DNA of 63,574 bases, the filler included, from Octopus bimaculoides (taxonomy: Eukaryota), in the NCBI RefSeq assembly GCF_001194135.2. It is 5 parts of 5 records of this genome, joined end to end, with 100 filler letters (N's around TTAATTAATTAA, not from the genome) between each part and the next. Parts side by side here need not be neighbours in the genome. Positions count along the whole stretch, not along the records: positions 62,321 to 63,574 come from NW_026384706.1; 4 more parts are not named here. The stretch is one strand, 5' to 3'. Shown here piece after piece: positions 62,221-63,574 of the stretch (positions are counted from its first letter, which is position 1; each line of letters begins with the position of its first letter). The position numbers were made by a program, and so were the translations under genes. The notes under the pieces are model-generated. The model ran no database searches, had not been told where the DNA came from, and was given only the letters and a program-made list of their open reading frames with translations.

Positions 62221-62873
62221 NNNNNNNNNNNNNNNNNNNNNNNNNNNNNNNNNNNNNNNNNNNNTTAATTAATTAANNNNNNNNNNNNNNNNNNNNNNNN
62301 NNNNNNNNNNNNNNNNNNNNATATATATACATATAGATAGATAGCTAGATAGATAGATAGATAGATAGATATATTGCTATTTAGATAAAATTATCGATTT
62401 GATAGAATTCTATATACGTTTAATTGTGTATATTATACTTAAATATATATTTATACAAACATATATTATGCTTATATATATACATATTTATACATATATA
62501 TATACAATTCCACATATATTATGCTTATATATATATATATTTATACATATATAATGTGCCTGTATGTCTATGTATGCATATATATATTTATGTATACATA
62601 TATACTAACGTATGTATATTGTGTAAGATATAAGTTAGAGGTAATGTAGCCTTCTAAGAAATACATGTTTCCATAGGTACTTCTGGTATTACCTAAGTTT
62701 TTATGGTCCCTGTTGTAAGGTATACGCTAGAAGGTAATTTAAAGATAAGACCGTGGTTTACTATATATAGAGACGATAGGAAAAAGAACAATTTACGGTA
62801 AGAAGTGAATTATTGGCCATTAGTTCTTAATTAAACATTGACCATATATATATATATATATATACTGATATAT

Positions 62874-62929
<56 letters not shown>

Positions 62930-62950
62930 NNNNNNNNNNNNNNNNNNNNN

Positions 62951-62995
<45 letters not shown>

Positions 62996-63574
62996 GTGTT
63001 CTTACATACGTAATCTTATAAAAAAATTTTTATTAAGAAAAGCATTGAAAAATATTTTGTACATACGTGCATATATATGGGAACATTTGCACCTCTGTTT
63101 ATGTGAATAATTTTGTATGAGTGAATATATTTTTCTTATAATGTGTATGTATGCATTTTTGTATGCATGTTGGTATGACTACATTTCTGCCAGTACGTAA
63201 CTACGTATGTTTTTATAAACGAATACACTTGTGTGTTCGAAGATGCACGCCCGCCATTTCCAACAGGTAGCAAGTCACGAATATTAGGCGCTTCCATTCA
63301 GTGTAATGCGTACAGATCCCGATACACTGCATAAATATTGACAATAATTTAACAAAAATTGATGCAATTTTTAGTCTACGAAAAATTAATGTGTCATTGG
63401 GAATATCGTCAAAGGCAGATATATACATACATGGATATCTTTATATATGCAAATACATATATGTGTGAGTGTGTGTGTGTATAAATGTGTGTGTGTATGT
63501 GTGTGAGAGTGTAAGTGTATACGTAAATAAATAGACAAATATAAACGCAAATATATATTTATAAATATATGTAT

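Noticed and set aside
1-63574. CRISPR arrays, rRNA, operons, prophage
   Set aside because: No repeat-spacer arrays or prokaryotic gene organisation; the window is eukaryotic repetitive DNA.

Overview
AT-rich, repeat-dense animal genomic DNA from a gapped draft scaffold (roughly a tenth is N). The repeat content (tRNA-headed SINEs, abundant RTE LINE, Penelope-like elements, dense microsatellites, TTAGGG) suggests a mollusc, probably an octopus; this is inference. No rRNA, true tRNA gene or CRISPR array was seen. Most supplied ORFs are artefacts of gaps, microsatellites or antisense TE reading. Well-supported content is decayed TEs: RTE with an RT ORF, mariner, rosa-like and Tc3-like Tc1/mariner, pogo, Helitron, Penelope, several MITEs and three SINE families. 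Two host-gene candidates were found by hand: (1) a minus-strand secreted-protein gene with phase-compatible exons at 44195-44129, 35627-34933 (spans a gap) and 31230-31182; (2) a weaker plus-strand exon chain at 50.5-59.2 kb in a CpG-depleted domain. Other notable items: minimal hammerhead ribozyme motifs, two TTAGGG-carrying TIR families, a 171-bp palindrome and a PAN-like exon broken only by two TAG codons. Interspersed-repeat boundaries are approximate unless TIR/TSD positions are given.
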